Shown: positions 23,543 to 37,130, counted from the stretch's first letter. The stretch: 64,000 nt of DNA from Macrostomum hystrix (GCA_950097015.1 CATNEN010000011.1:6510001-6574000); one strand, 5' to 3'. Notes: generated by a model not told the origin, from the letters alone. Numbers and translations: made by a program.

Positions 23543-23766
23543 TGTAGCTGACTTGCTACAAATGTCGCTGTTAAATTTAAGAGTCGGCAAAAGCTTGAGC
23601 TTGTTTATTTAGTTTTGTCGCGGGGTTACATTTAAGTCTTAACCGGGCAACTGTACCTATCGATAACAAGGGTCATAGACAAATTAGCCGTAAGGGGGGA
23701 AATAAAAGTACCATTTGAATCTTTAAATATTAAGAGTTAAAAGAAAGAAGTGAATTTGCTGCTACA
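23543..23766 (-). repeat. 5' LTR (224 bp)
   Basis: Direct repeat of 19239-19462. Confidence 0.95.
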
Positions 23767-24478
23767 GTGGCATCAAAGCAGAAGATGGTGGCATCAAAGC
23801 AGAAGATGGTGGCATCAAAGCAGAAGATGGTGGCATCGAAGCAGAAGATGGTGGTATCAAAGCAGAAGATGGTGGCATCGAAGCAGAAGATGGTGGCATC
23901 AAAGCAGAAGATGGTGGTATCAAAGCAGAAGATGGTGGCATCAAAGCAGAAGATGGTGGCATCAAAGCAGAAGATGGTGGCACCAGAGCAGAAGATGGTG
24001 GCATCAAAGCAGAAGATGGTGGTATCAAAGCAGAAGATGGTGGCATCAGAGCAGAAGATAGTGGCATCAAAGCAGAAGATGGTGGTATCAAAGCAGAAGA
24101 TGGTGGCACCAGAGCAGAAGATGGTGGCATCAAAGCAGAAGATGGTGGCATCAAAGCAGAAGATGGTGGTATCAAAGCAGAAGATGGTGGCATCAGAGCA
24201 GAAGATGGTGGCATCAAAGCAGAAGATGGTGGCATCAAAGCAGAAGATGGTGGCATCAGAGCAGAAGATGGTGGCATCAAAGCAGAAGATGGTGGCATCA
24301 AAGCAGAAGATGGTTGCATCAAAGCAGAAGATGGTGGCATCAAAGCAGAAGATGGTGGCATCGAAGCAGAAGATGGTGGCATCAAAGCAGAAGATGGTGG
24401 CATCAGAGCAGAAGATGGTGGCATCAAAGCAGAAGATGGTGGCACCAGAGCAGAAGATGGTGGCATCGAAGCAGAAGA
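23767..24478 (+). repeat. 21-bp minisatellite, right arm
   Basis: Same unit and register as 18414-19238 once the GTGG duplication is removed. Confidence 0.97.
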
Positions 24479-24941
24479 TTTGCGGGTCATTGCATCAGGG
24501 AAGCAGGGGCATAGGATTATTAGACACCCCAGCCACAAATTCCTGCAAAGGCCCCTCTGGCCCTAAAAAGATTTTAGCAACTCCGACACGGCCGAGACGG
24601 TGGAGCGTCTGAAATCCGCTGGAAAAAAATGTCTTCATAACCAAAATTAGGCGAGATACGGCTTGCAACTCCAAGCTGGCTGGGTGGGGGTTGAGGGTCA
24701 AAGTGTGTCTGCCAACCGTCCTACCTCCCTCCCCAATAGGCCAAACCTATTAGAGAAAGCCTTTATTACGGCCGAGAAAAGTTCAGAAGAATAAGACTAA
24801 GACCGTATAAAAAAGTCCGCATTGGCAAAGGTACGAGTATAAGCGGCAGAAACTTGCGCGTGCAAAAGGCTTTCTTTGGTCCGCCTGTGCATTCGCTGGC
24901 TTCGGTACCCGGTTGCAAGGCTCATTGTGATGCGTTGTTTA

Positions 24942-25532
24942 GGGGGCGAGTGGGTCAGCGGCTAACGTCGCTGCTTCGCACTCCAAAGGACGCTAGTTCG
25001 ATTCACCCTTCAAGTCACGATTAATTTCGGGACTTGTTGGTGGGTTTGGACAGTAGCGACCGGCGGAGGTGCACCATATTTCGTGCAATCAAAGCTTGAA
25101 ATAATAGCTTCGCTCCTACCTTCTGTGTGCCTGTTCTGCGTTGCGTGAGTTGTGTGCGTTGGTGCTGGGGCGTGAGGCCTTGCGGGGGGTGGCTGGAGGG
25201 CGGGTGTACACCGCCGCGCGCTCTCTGGATTTCCGTCAGCGCGATTGGATAAGTGTACACTCATCACGCGGCCACCCCTGAGGACTGATTTCTTATCAGC
25301 CTTCCGCCCCGGCTTGGTCTGCTCTATGCGTGTGGGGCTGGGGTGGGGGGCACTGCTGCCTATTCTGGGTGCCTCCTGCCCTCCCCGGCTGGTCTGTGCT
25401 GCTGTGTGTGGTGCCTGCTCAGGGGAGGCGGCGCGATGGGCGCAAAAGCGCCTAGTTCGCCGGTCTGGGGGCGTGCCGCTCCGTCGCTTGTGCGACAAGT
25501 GCCCCGGGCCCCCTGCAAAATAGATAGATAAA
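24942..25532 (+). mobile_element. SINE family B, copy 2, with 13-bp TSD
   Basis: Highly similar to 12832-13426. TSD gatgcgttgttta at 24929-24941 and 25533-25545. Short tagatagata tail. Confidence 0.92.
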
Positions 25533-25569
25533 GATGCGTTGTTTAATCCAAGAATGAGATCAATCGACA

Positions 25570-26330
25570 TCTGGGAGATTTCTTAGAATGGTATAAATCA
25601 ACTTCTTAGAGATTTCTTAGAATGGGATCAATCGGCATCTATTAGGGTTCTTAGCTCGTAGAATATCAACATGTAGGAGATTTCTTGGAATGGGATCAAT
25701 TGTCATCAAGGAGATTTCTAAGAATGGTTTCAATAGACATCTGGGAGATTTCTGAGAATGAGATCGATAAATATAAAGTAGACTTCTTAGAAAAGGATCA
25801 ATCGAAATCAAGGAGATTTCATAGAATGGGATCCATTGTCATCTAGTAGATTTCTTAGAATGGAATTAAGCGGCATCAAGGATATTTCGTAGAATGGGAT
25901 CGATTGTAAATGTAGGATATTTCTTAGAATGGGATCGATTATAAATGATGAATATTTCTTAGAATGGGATCAATTGTAAATGTGGGATATTTCTTAGAAT
26001 GGGATCAATTGTAAATGTGGGATATTTCTTAGAATGGGATCGATTGTAAATGATGGATATTTCTTAAAATGGGATCAATTATAAATGATGGATATTTCTT
26101 AGAATGGGATCAATTGTAAATGTGGGATATTTTGTAGAATGGGATCGATTGTAAATGTAGGATATTTCTTAGAATGGGATCAATTGTAAATGTGGGATAT
26201 CTCTTAGGATGGGATCAATTGTCATCTAGGATATTTCATAAAATATGATTAATCAACAACCTGGAATATTTCCTAGAATGAGGGACAATCGGCGTCATGG
26301 ATATTTCCTAAATTGGAATCTGCAGACATC
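25570..26330 (+). repeat. 35-bp minisatellite (ttcttagaatgggatcaattgtaaatgtgggatat)n
   Basis: Clear units at 25885-26215 with degenerate flanks. Confidence 0.85.
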
Positions 26331-27054
26331 TGGGATAATTCCCTTAGATGTGATCACAGGCGTCTATGATTGGTCTGACAAACTAGAATGGCAGAAGTTG
26401 AAAATCTCCTTTCATTTTGTCAGGGACGTAGTCTTTGCAGAGTTTCTAAATAGTTCAGCCAATCAAAAATCGCCTGCCAGCAGAGGAAAAGAAAAGGTAG
26501 CAAAGAGGGGGCACAGGGTGGTTACAGGGGTGTTTTTTGGCGCATTGCTTGTGCCCGCACTTCAGGCAAACAAAGCCAGTTAGTTCCTCTGTCTCTATCC
26601 GTGTTTTCCACTTCTCACAGAAGCTCCGCTGGTTCTTAAAAACCACCCACGAAGAAAAGTAACGACGAAAATTGTCTGTCTTTACTTTTCCGCTCTTCCA
26701 ACGTGCCCCCCTGTGTCTCTGTTGCTTCTATTTCTGTTCCAGGGCCAGTTTTTCTTCCAAACTGTCTGCTTGAAACTCCCACTTAGCAGGTAAACATGAT
26801 CAACTTTGTTATGAGCTGCTGCCTCAGCCCACACAGGCCGGTTGCTAGCTGTGTCAAAAATGATTTCTGCAATTTCTAAAACCAGCAGGAGCAGCAGCGT
26901 CGACAACAGAAACTAGAAAGACTTCGAAGACAACATTTTTATGTTTTTTTGCTTCAAAGATAGGTAAGTTTTCTGATGAAAGCTAGTCATAAGCGTAAAT
27001 TTTAGCGATCGAAGGTCATAATGGCTAAGATTAAAAAACCTCTATTATATTGAA

Positions 27055-28395
27055 AATGGGGGTTGCGAGCCTCATTTAAATAGAGAATGGGTGTTGCGAG
27101 CCTCATTTAAATAGAGAATGGGTGTTGCGAGCCTCATTTAAATAGAGAATGGGTGTTGCGAGCCTCAATAAAATAAAGAATGGGGGCTGCGAGCCTCAAT
27201 TAAATGGAGAATGGGGGTTGCTGGACTCATAAAAATGTTGACTGGGGTTGCGAGCCTCAATTGAATGGAGAAGGGGGTAGAGAGCTTCGTTTAAAATGAG
27301 AATGGGGGTTGCGAGCCTCAATAAAATAGAGAATGGGGTAGAGAGCCTTGATAAAGTGAAGAATGGGGTAGAGAGCCTTGATAAAGTGAAGAATGGGGGT
27401 AGAGAGCCTTGATCAAATGAAGAATGGGGGTAGAGAGCCTTGATAAAATGAAGAATGGGGTAGAGAGCCTTGATAAAGTGAAGAATGGGGGTAGAGAGCC
27501 TTGATAAAGTGAAGAATGGGGGTAGAGAGCCTTGATAAAGTGAAGAATGGGGGTAGAGAGCCTTGATAAAGTGAAGAATGGGGGTAGAGAGCCTTGATAA
27601 AATGAAGAATGGGGTAGAGAGCCTTGATAAAGTGAAGAATGGGGTAGAGAGCCTTGATAAAGTGAAGAATGGGGGTAGAGAGCCTTGATAAAATGAAGAA
27701 TGGGGTAGAGAGCCTTGATAAAGTGAAGAATGGGGTAGAGAGCCTTGATAAAGTGAAGAATGGGGGTAGAGAGCCTTGATAAAATGAAGAATGGGGGTAG
27801 AGAGCCTTGATAAAGTGAAGAATGGGGGTAGAGAGCCTTGATAAAGTGAAGAATGGGGGTAGAGAGCCTTGATAAAATGAAGAATGGGGTAGAGAGCCTT
27901 GATAAAGTGAAGAATGGGGTAGAGAGCCTTGATAAAGTGAAGAATGGGGGTAGAGAGCCTTGATAAAGTGAAGAATGGGGGTAGAGAGCCTTGATAAAAT
28001 GAAGAATGGGGGTAGAGAGCCTTGATAAAGTGAAGAATGGGGTAGAGAGCCTTGATAAAGTGAAGAATGGGGTAGAGAGCCTTGATAAAGTGAAGAATGG
28101 GGGTAGAGAGCCTTGATAAAGTGAAGAATGGGGGTAGAGAGCCTTGATAAAATGAAGAATGGGGGTAGAGAGCCTTGATAAAGTGAAGAATGGGGTAGAG
28201 AGCCTTGATAAAATGAAGAATGGGGGTAGAGAGCCTTGATAAAATGAAGAATGGGGGTAGAGAGCCTTGATAAAGTGAAGAATGGGGGTAGAGAGCCTTG
28301 ATAAAATGAAGAATGGGGGTAGAGAGCCTTGATAAAATGAAGAATGGGGTAGAGAGCCTTGATAAAGTGAAGAATGGGGGTAGAGAGCCTCGATT
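27055..28395 (+). repeat. 30/31-bp minisatellite (gaagaatgggggtagagagccttgataaagt)n preceded by related 31-bp units
   Basis: Tandem array with the G-run length varying between 4 and 5. Confidence 0.95.
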
Positions 28396-29780
28396 GGCAA
28401 GAAATCTATGTTTAAGAGAATAAATATAATAAAACCTTAAGAGCCTCAATGAATTTAAAACTGTGTTGGATAAAACAGTATATATATTTTACGACAAAAT
28501 TGACAATCTAACTAAAGGTTGAAGAAATTTAACCTTAAGTTCAGGTCAGAATTTTCTGCATACAGCGAGAAAGAGAGAGGAACAGCGTTTCACATAACAA
28601 AAAGGTATTTTGTACTTTATTGCTTTTCTTTAAGAAGAAGTCAACCGCCTATGAAGTCTGGCAGAATGAATGACGTCCCTCATAATGTGTTTTTTCTTTG
28701 TTGCCAATTCCCAAAGCCAAAACGACAGAGAGAGAGGAGAACAAGAGAGAAACAACTGCGCTTGACAACGGTCAGTTTGTCTGACAAGTAAACTTTGGTA
28801 ACATTGCAACACTCGGAAAATGCCGACTCCCATAGGATTTTAGTATTAAAAACAACATAACCCAATTGTAAAATGATGATAATCGTAAACAGTGAAGAGC
28901 CTCAACATATTTGAAACCGTGTTAGTAGCCTCATTACATAGTAAAAATGATTGAGAGCCTCAGAAAAGGGCGATAGTGGTTGAGAGCCCCAACAGATAAT
29001 AAACTGTGATTAAAATTGTCAAAAAATGATCAGAATAAAACTCTGCTAGTCCTACTTATCAGGTACTAAATAAGTAGTATGTTGCTAATACTTGCGCGAT
29101 AATTTAGTTTCTCAGTTTTTAGCGTCTTGAAAAGCAAAGAAACTTTTGGTTCACTCGGCGAGGCCTCTTCTGCGAGTCGTGGAGCTTGCAGCTTCCCCCG
29201 CACCCTGAGCTCCTCATTGTGAGGTGGGTGAAGTTTCAATCCCAGAGAGAGAGAGAAGTCGCGGAACTCAATCCCCGATTGGCCAGCCCTGGGAATGAAA
29301 TATGAGGGCTGGCAGCTCTGCATTGGCTCAATATTTTTCTCAAGACTCGATAGGGAAGATACGATTCTGTCTCGCTTGATGGGAGAACCTCACGCGCCTC
29401 CTTCTCCTTCTTTCCCTCCGCCGGCCCCTATTTTCCATCCTTTCTTCCGCGATCACGCCAGCCATCCCCATTTTTGCCTTCTCCCGCAGTGCTCAATAGT
29501 CTACTCAAAAAGCTCGCGTCGGTGAGCCGGTGCCTTTAGTGTCGGTCGAGTCCGCATACAGCTTAATCAGGAGCCACGCCTTGTTTGATAAATTCTATTG
29601 GATACATTCGATAATCCCGTTAATGGGGATAACTGACGGTGAGTTTTTTTGGGATTTTTCATTTGGCATTTCAATCTTCTTGTTTCCATGATTTGGTCTG
29701 TATGATTGTTTCATTATTTATCGACTTTTTGTGACCAGCTTGGCGGTAATTGTGACCCCTATAAGAAATATTCAGGATAG

Positions 29781-30955
29781 AGTTCATGTGACCCCTTTGG
29801 ATGCTACTAGAGTAGGGGTCATGTGACCCCTTTTGATGCTACTAGAGTAGGAGTCATGTGACCCCTTTTGATGCTACTAGAGTAGGAGTCATGTGACCCC
29901 TCTTGATGCTACTAGAGTAGGAGTCATGTGACCCCTTTTGATGCTACTAGAGTAGGAGTCATGTGACCCCTTTTGATGCTACTAGAGTAGGGGTCATGTG
30001 ACCCCTTTTGATGCTACTAGAGTAGGAGTCATGTGACCCCTTTTGATGCTACTAGAGTAGGAGTCATGTGACCCCTTTTGATGCTACTAGAGTAGGAGTC
30101 ATGTGACCCCTTTTGATGCTACTAGAGTAGGGGTCATGTGACCCCTTTTGATGCTACTAGAGTCGGAGTCGTGTGACCCTTCTTGATGCTACTAGAGTAG
30201 GGGTCATGTGACCCCTTTTGATGCTACTAGAGTTGGGGTCATGTGACCCCTTTTGATGCTACTAGAGTAGGAGTCATGTGACCCCTTTTGATGCTACTAG
30301 AGTAGGAGTCATGTGACCCCTTTTGATGCTACTAGAGTTGGGGTCATGTGACCCCTTTTGATGCTACTAGAGTAGGAGTCATGTGACCCCTTTTGATGCT
30401 ACTAGAGTAGGAGTCATGTGACCCCTCTTGATGCTACTAGAGTAGGGGTCATGTGACCCCTTTTGATGCTACTAGAGTAGGAGTCATGTGACCCCTTTTG
30501 ATGCTACTAGAGTAGGAGTCATGTGACCCCTTTTGATGCTACTAGAGTAGGGGTCATGTGACCCCTTTTGATGCTACTAGAGTAGGGGTCATGTGACCCC
30601 TTTTGATGCTACTAGAGTAGGGGTCATGTGACCCCTTTTAATGCTACTAGAGTAGGAGTCATGTGACCCCTCTTGATGCTACTAGAGTAGGAGTCATGTG
30701 ACCCCTTTTGATGCTACTAGAGTAGGAGTCATGTGACCCCTTTTGATGCTACTAGAGTAGGGGTCATGTGACCCCTTTTGATGCTACTAGAGTAGGGGTC
30801 ATGTGACCCCTTTTGATGCTACTAGAGTCGGGGTCATGTGACCCCTTTTGATGCTACTAGAGTAGGAGTCATGTGACCCCTTTTGATGCTACTAGAGTAG
30901 GGGTCATGTGACCCCTTTTGATGCTACTAGAGTAGGGGTCATGTGACCCCTTTTG
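29781..30955 (+). repeat. 35-bp dyad-containing minisatellite (ggagtcatgtgaccccttttgatgctactagagta)n
   Basis: About 33 near-identical units with no unique spacers. Confidence 0.97.
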
Positions 30956-32225
30956 GTACTTTAGGAGTGGCGGTTACATGACTCCTTGTTTTATATACTT
31001 TATAGTCATTTAGAAAATTTTAGAAAATCTTCATAGCGATCTTCATAGGAATGCCAAGTAGTAAGGATTAATAAATGTGTGGCAAAACAATTAGTGCAGC
31101 AATTAAGAGAAAGAAGGGATAAAATGCACACAACCTAAAACGGAGAGAGAGAGAGAGTTGAAATCGAAAAGGTGCCAAAAAATATTCAGCTGCGGCAATT
31201 TACGTTCTCTCTCTGTTTCGCACACTCGCTTGTGCTGTGTACTTCCAAGCAAGTTAAAGAAAACTAGGCGAATCGCAGGAGAGCCATTTCCACGCCCATA
31301 GCTATCTGGGGCCGTTACAGGTCGATAGGCCAAGGTAAGAGAGGATAACGGCTAGCTATTTGGGGAGAAATGGGACTTGGCGGTAGGGAAATGGGATTGG
31401 GAAGAAATCAGCGGACGCACCGGACCCGCACACAGAGTGCAGATACAATATAATGCAGGGTACATTCGCCCCCCACCCTAAATAGCAACTCCACCAGTGT
31501 TCCCTGTAATGCCTATTTAATTCCAGGAATTATGCACTAATGCGACACGTTCTGTCTGTTTTCCTGCCTGCACCTAACTCCATTTAGTTCTCTAATCTGT
31601 GGTGGCGGAGTGGGGTGGGCGGACTGGGGGTAGTTGCTGCTAGCTAAGGGGTGAAAGCGGAGTGAGGTGGGCCGCCACAACTGCTTCGATTCCTCGCCTA
31701 GCGCGGGATCTTTCTCCCCACCACACCCTGCGTCCGTCCCCTCGAGACGCAACCCCCGGCCTCCCAAAACCGCATTTGCCAACCGCGTGTCCATTTAGTA
31801 GGCTATTCTAGTTTTCTAGCTAATATAGCCGGACCGAACACAAGCATGCAAGGGCCAAGAGGAGGACAGAGCTAGACGGCGAGAGATCAAATAAATCGAC
31901 TGAAACATCGATTTATCTCTCCATCGTTTCTGGCTTCTCAGATAACTTTCTTTTGCAGATCTGACAAGCAAATTTAGTATCTATTTTCAGTTTCAAATCT
32001 TTCTGTGACCCCTATTCGTTGATTTTAGTTTCTGAATTTGAATTTTCGTCATTTTAAGTCAAACAAAAAACACGTTGACTTTTTTGTCTCGACGCTGTCT
32101 TGAAGTTTCAAAAAGCAGAAACTCCGCTGATCCAAACACCCTCTTGCAGGCCGATTTTAAAAGAGCAAGACTAGCTTTGAAAAACTCTGCATCAGTTTCT
32201 CATTTTCGAATCGATTGTTCTCTAA

Positions 32226-32837
<612 letters not shown>

Positions 32838-33281
32838 TAATCACCCACTGTCTGACAGCCTTGTCTTCAACTAGTTTTTTTTGTTTCCCGTCTCCGGTGT
32901 CTAGCTCAAATTTCCCCTCCCATAACAGACACTTGTCAGCAGCCCTTGACAACGTGCCTAACTCGCTCTGTCCTGGCCGCCTAGACTTGTCTGAGATTGG
33001 TGCGCGTTGAGTGCGCAAATATCCCATCACTGCCGACGTGCTCCAACGCGAAATCCCGGCTCCCAAGCAATATTCTAGGAATCCATGAAGGCTATTAATT
33101 TTGATTTTATCAGATATCAGTGCATCAGCGCTCTAGACCAGCTGGGGCACTTGAAAGATTTTTCTATTCGTGTTTGGCGCCTGTGTGGCCAATTAACCGA
33201 AATCGTCGAATATCGAATGAAAAATGAATAAGCATTTGGCACGACAACGCTTTAGAAAACATCTATTGGACAGCCATACCC

Positions 33282-33560
33282 TTCAAGACACCCACCTCAC
33301 TCCCCGACACCCCTACCAAAAATTCACGTTCTCGCTGAAAAACCATAGACCACAAGACACCCACCTCACTCCCCGCCCCAACCCCACTTAGATTTCACCC
33401 ACCCTACCAAAAATTCACGTTCTCCCTGAAAAACCATAGACTACAAGACACCCACCTCACTCCCCGCCCCGACCCCCACTTAGATTTCACACCATTATTG
33501 TACAGTCATAACCCTCTAAGCACCCACCTCGCTCCCTGACCCAACCCACCAAGACTTTAC
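33282..33560 (+). repeat. Roughly 100-bp imperfect tandem repeat with core agacacccacctcactccc
   Basis: Three to four core copies. Core shared with 39470-39775. Confidence 0.75.
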
Positions 33561-34374
33561 GCCTTAGTTGTACAGTCCAAACCCTCAAGACGACCACCGC
33601 ACTTCAGCCTGTCCCAACCAATTAGAAATCAGCAAGTCATTCGCTTCTGCCAATTAGCCTATCTCTAATTGTTTCTTTTCAACAAGCAAGAAAATCGGAA
33701 TTCGAATCCAAGTATGCTCAAATCCGAATGACTCAGACTCCTCTCCATGGAAAATGGTTTCGTCTGTAGAAATTAGTTCAAGGATTTAACAATCAGAAAG
33801 CAATTTAGTTTCGGCCTCCAGACAGACAGACAGATCAGAATCGAGTGGGAAACTGAAGGACTTCAGATTGATTTTCTTTGCTTCGAGCTAGATAGAAAGT
33901 CATGGGAAATTTTCAATCGAAAAAATCACCTCTCTCCTATTCTAAGAAAGGGAAAGAGAAGCCCCTTCTCCTTCCAAGAAAGCGAAAAGGATAAGAATTG
34001 CAATCATGCTGACTGACACAGTCTGGAAGACTAGAAAAGTGCAAACAAACCCGACTAGTGGGTCATAACACAGATTCCTTGGAATTGGAAATTTCCATAT
34101 AAGGGAAATTGAGCAATCAGTGCGGACCGAAATTGAGTTTTCCTGAGCTTCTGAGCTTAGCTGAGTACACGGTAGATTCATTTGAATGATTACGCCTGCG
34201 CGCTATTTGGCTTAGCAACGTGTCCGACTCTAGCACCAAAGTGCCGGAGGTCGAGTCCGCGACGAGACTTTTATTAATTTGGGGCTGAGGTGAGAAGGCT
34301 TTGGGGCTTCTTGTGCGATCTGCGTTCATGAGGGCCAACCCCCAAAACTCCCTTCTCGATTGTCTCCATAAACT

Positions 34375-35900
34375 TCTTTTCGAATCTAACCATAAACCCT
34401 TCTCGATCTTCTCCATAAACCCTTCTCGATCTTCTCCATAAACCCTTCTCGATCTTCTCCATAAACCCTTCTCGATCTTCTCCATAAACCCTTCTCGATC
34501 TTCTCCATAAACCCTTCTCAATTCTCTCCATAAACACTTCTCGATCTTCTCCATAAACCCTTCTCAATTCTCTCCATAAACCCTTCTCGATCTTCTCCAT
34601 AAACCCTTCTCAATTCTCTCCATAAACCCTTCTTGATCTTCTCCATAAACCCTTCTCGATCTTCTCCATAAACCCTTCTCAATTCTCTCCATAAACACTT
34701 CTCGATCTTCTCCATAAACCCTTCTCAATTCTCTCCATAAACACTTCTCGATCTTCTCCATAAACCCTTCTCAATTCTCTCCATAAACCCGTCTCGATTG
34801 TCTCCATAAACCCTTCTCGATTGTCTTCATAAACCCTTCTCGATTGTCTCAATAAACCCTTCTCGATTGTCTCAATAAACCCTTCTCGATTGTCTCAATA
34901 AACCCTTCTCGATTGTCTCGATAAACCCTTCTCGATTGTCTCGATAAACCCTTCTCGATTGTCTCAATAAACCCTTCTCGATTGTCTCAATAAACCCTTC
35001 TCGATTGTCTCAATAAACCCTTCTCGATTGTCTCGATAAACCCTTCTCGATTGTCTCGATAAACCCTTCTCGATTGTCTCAATAAACCCTTCTCGATTGT
35101 CTCCATAAACCCTTCTCGATTGTCTCGATAAACCCTTCTCGATTGTCTTCATAAACCCTTCTCGATTGTCTCCATAAACCCTTCTCGATTGTCTCCATAA
35201 ACCCTTCTCGATTGTCTCCATAAACCCTTCTCGATTGTCTCCATAAACCCTTCTCGATTGTCTCAATAAACCCTTCTCGATTGTCTCAATAAACCCTTCT
35301 CGATTGTCTCGATAAACCCTTCTCGATTGTCTCAATAAACCCTTCTCGATTGTCTCAATAAACCCTTCTCGATTGTCTCGATAAACCCTTCTCGATTGTC
35401 TTCATAAACCCTTCTCGATCTTCTCCATAAACCCTTCTCGATTGTCTCGATAAACCCTTCTCGATTGTCTTCATAAACCCTTCTCGATTGTCTCAATAAA
35501 CCCTTCTCGATTGTCTCCATAAACCCTTCTCGATTGTCTCAATAAACCCTTCTCGATTGTCTCAATAAACCCTTCTCGATTGTCTCGATAAACCCTTCTC
35601 GATTGTCTCAATAAACCCTTCTCGATTGTCTCAATAAACCCTTCTCGATTGTCTCGATAAACCCTTCTCGATTGTCTTCATAAACCCTTCTCGATCTTCT
35701 CCATAAACCCTTCTCGATTGTCTCGATAAACCCTTCTCGATTGTCTCCATAAACCCTTCTCGATTCCAACCATAAACCCTTCTCGATTGTCTCCATAAAC
35801 CCTTCTCGATTCCAACCATAAACCCTTCACGATTGTCTCCATAAACCGTGCTCGTTTCTCTCCATAAACCCTGCTCGTTTCTCTCCATAAACCCTGCTCG
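34375..35900 (+). repeat. 23-bp minisatellite (ataaacccttctcgattgtctcc)n
   Basis: About 66 units, with the variant type changing near 34790. Confidence 0.95.
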
Positions 35901-36411
35901 AACCTAACCACAAACCCTTGTCTCCATTAACATTCATAGACTATTGAGAAATTCAACGGGATTCGTTGTGAAACCTTACAATTTTTCTTGGAGTTTCTTT
36001 TGGGGTTTGCGGCACAGTTTCTTCAAAGTAAAAGTACAACTGTGTGCTCAAATTCAGGCCAAATTTGGGTGAGCGAGTTAATATTAGCCGGCTAGTGCAA
36101 CTCGCAGATTTGTCCGACTAAACAAACAGTTAAGCAGATTTGATTTTGGAATGCGGGAGAAAGACACCTGAGAAAGAGAGACAGCGGAAGCAGCAGTCGG
36201 CGAGAGCAGAGACAAAGGCAAAGAGAACACAGTCTCTCCCTCAAAGGCCTGTACAGCAATAAAAAAAGTGGACTCATAGCTCACAGTCAGAGCTCGCACA
36301 TTGAGAACAGTTCATTAGTTTGTGCTGTCAGCTGTCAGTTTTGAGTTTGCCCAGTCGCTACTCAATGGGGTCACCAGGAAAGAGTCAGTTGCCAAGCGGG
36401 CTGTGTACTGT

Positions 36412-37130
36412 GTTATGAAACTGTCTAACATGCTATGAAACTGTCTAACATGCTATGAAACTGTCTAACATGTTATGAAACTGTCTAACATGCTATGAAA
36501 CTGTCTAACATGTTATGAAACTGTCTAACATGTTATGAAACTGTCTAACATGTCATGAAACTGTCGAACATGTTATGAAACTGTCTAACATGCTATGAAA
36601 CTGTCTAACATATTATGCAACTGTCTAACATGTCATGAAACTGTCTAACATGTTATGAAACTGTCTAACATGCTATGAAACTGTCTAACATATTATGAAA
36701 CTGTCTAACATGTTATGCAACTGTCTAACATGCTATGAAACTGTCTAACATGTTATGAAACTGTCTAACATGTCATGAAACTGTCTAACATGTTATGAAA
36801 CTGTCTAACATGTTATGAAACTGTCTAACATGTTATGAAACTGTCTAACATGTTATGAAACTGTCTAACATGCTATGAAACTGTCTAACATATTATGAAA
36901 CTGTCTAACATGTCATGAAACTGTCTAACATGTCATGAAACTGTCTAACATGCTATGAAACTGTCTAACATATTATGAAACTGTCTAACATGTTATGAAA
37001 CTGTCTAACATGCTATGAAACTGTCTAACATATTATGAAACTGTCTAACATGTCATGAAACTGTCTAACATGGTATGAAACTGTCTAACATGTTATGCAA
37101 CTGTCTAACATGTTATGCAACTGTCTAACA
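36412..37130 (+). repeat. 20-bp minisatellite (tgaaactgtctaacatgtta)n
   Basis: About 36 units. Confidence 0.97.

Larger units (their letters stand above)
19239..23766 (-). mobile_element. Full-length Ty3/Gypsy LTR retrotransposon (CsRn1/Boudicca-like), 4528 bp
   Basis: TG...CA LTRs at 19239-19462 and 23543-23766, identical by eye. TSD GTGG, PBS, PPT, intact gag and PR-RT-RH-IN pol. Confidence 0.97.

Noticed and set aside
29781-30955. CRISPR-like array (35-bp palindromic repeats)
   Set aside because: Units are contiguous with no unique spacers, there are no cas genes, and the context is eukaryotic.
31335-32149. Possible 5' UTR intron of junctophilin (AAG|gtaaga ... ctcttgcag|)
   Set aside because: Plausible splice signals, but alternative acceptors exist (e.g. 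near 31958) and there is no transcript evidence, so it is not listed as a feature.
34215-34262. tRNA-like segment (tggcttagc...ggtcgagtcc) with a possible CTA anticodon
   Set aside because: Stems do not pair into a cloverleaf. At most a decayed SINE head, not a suppressor tRNA.
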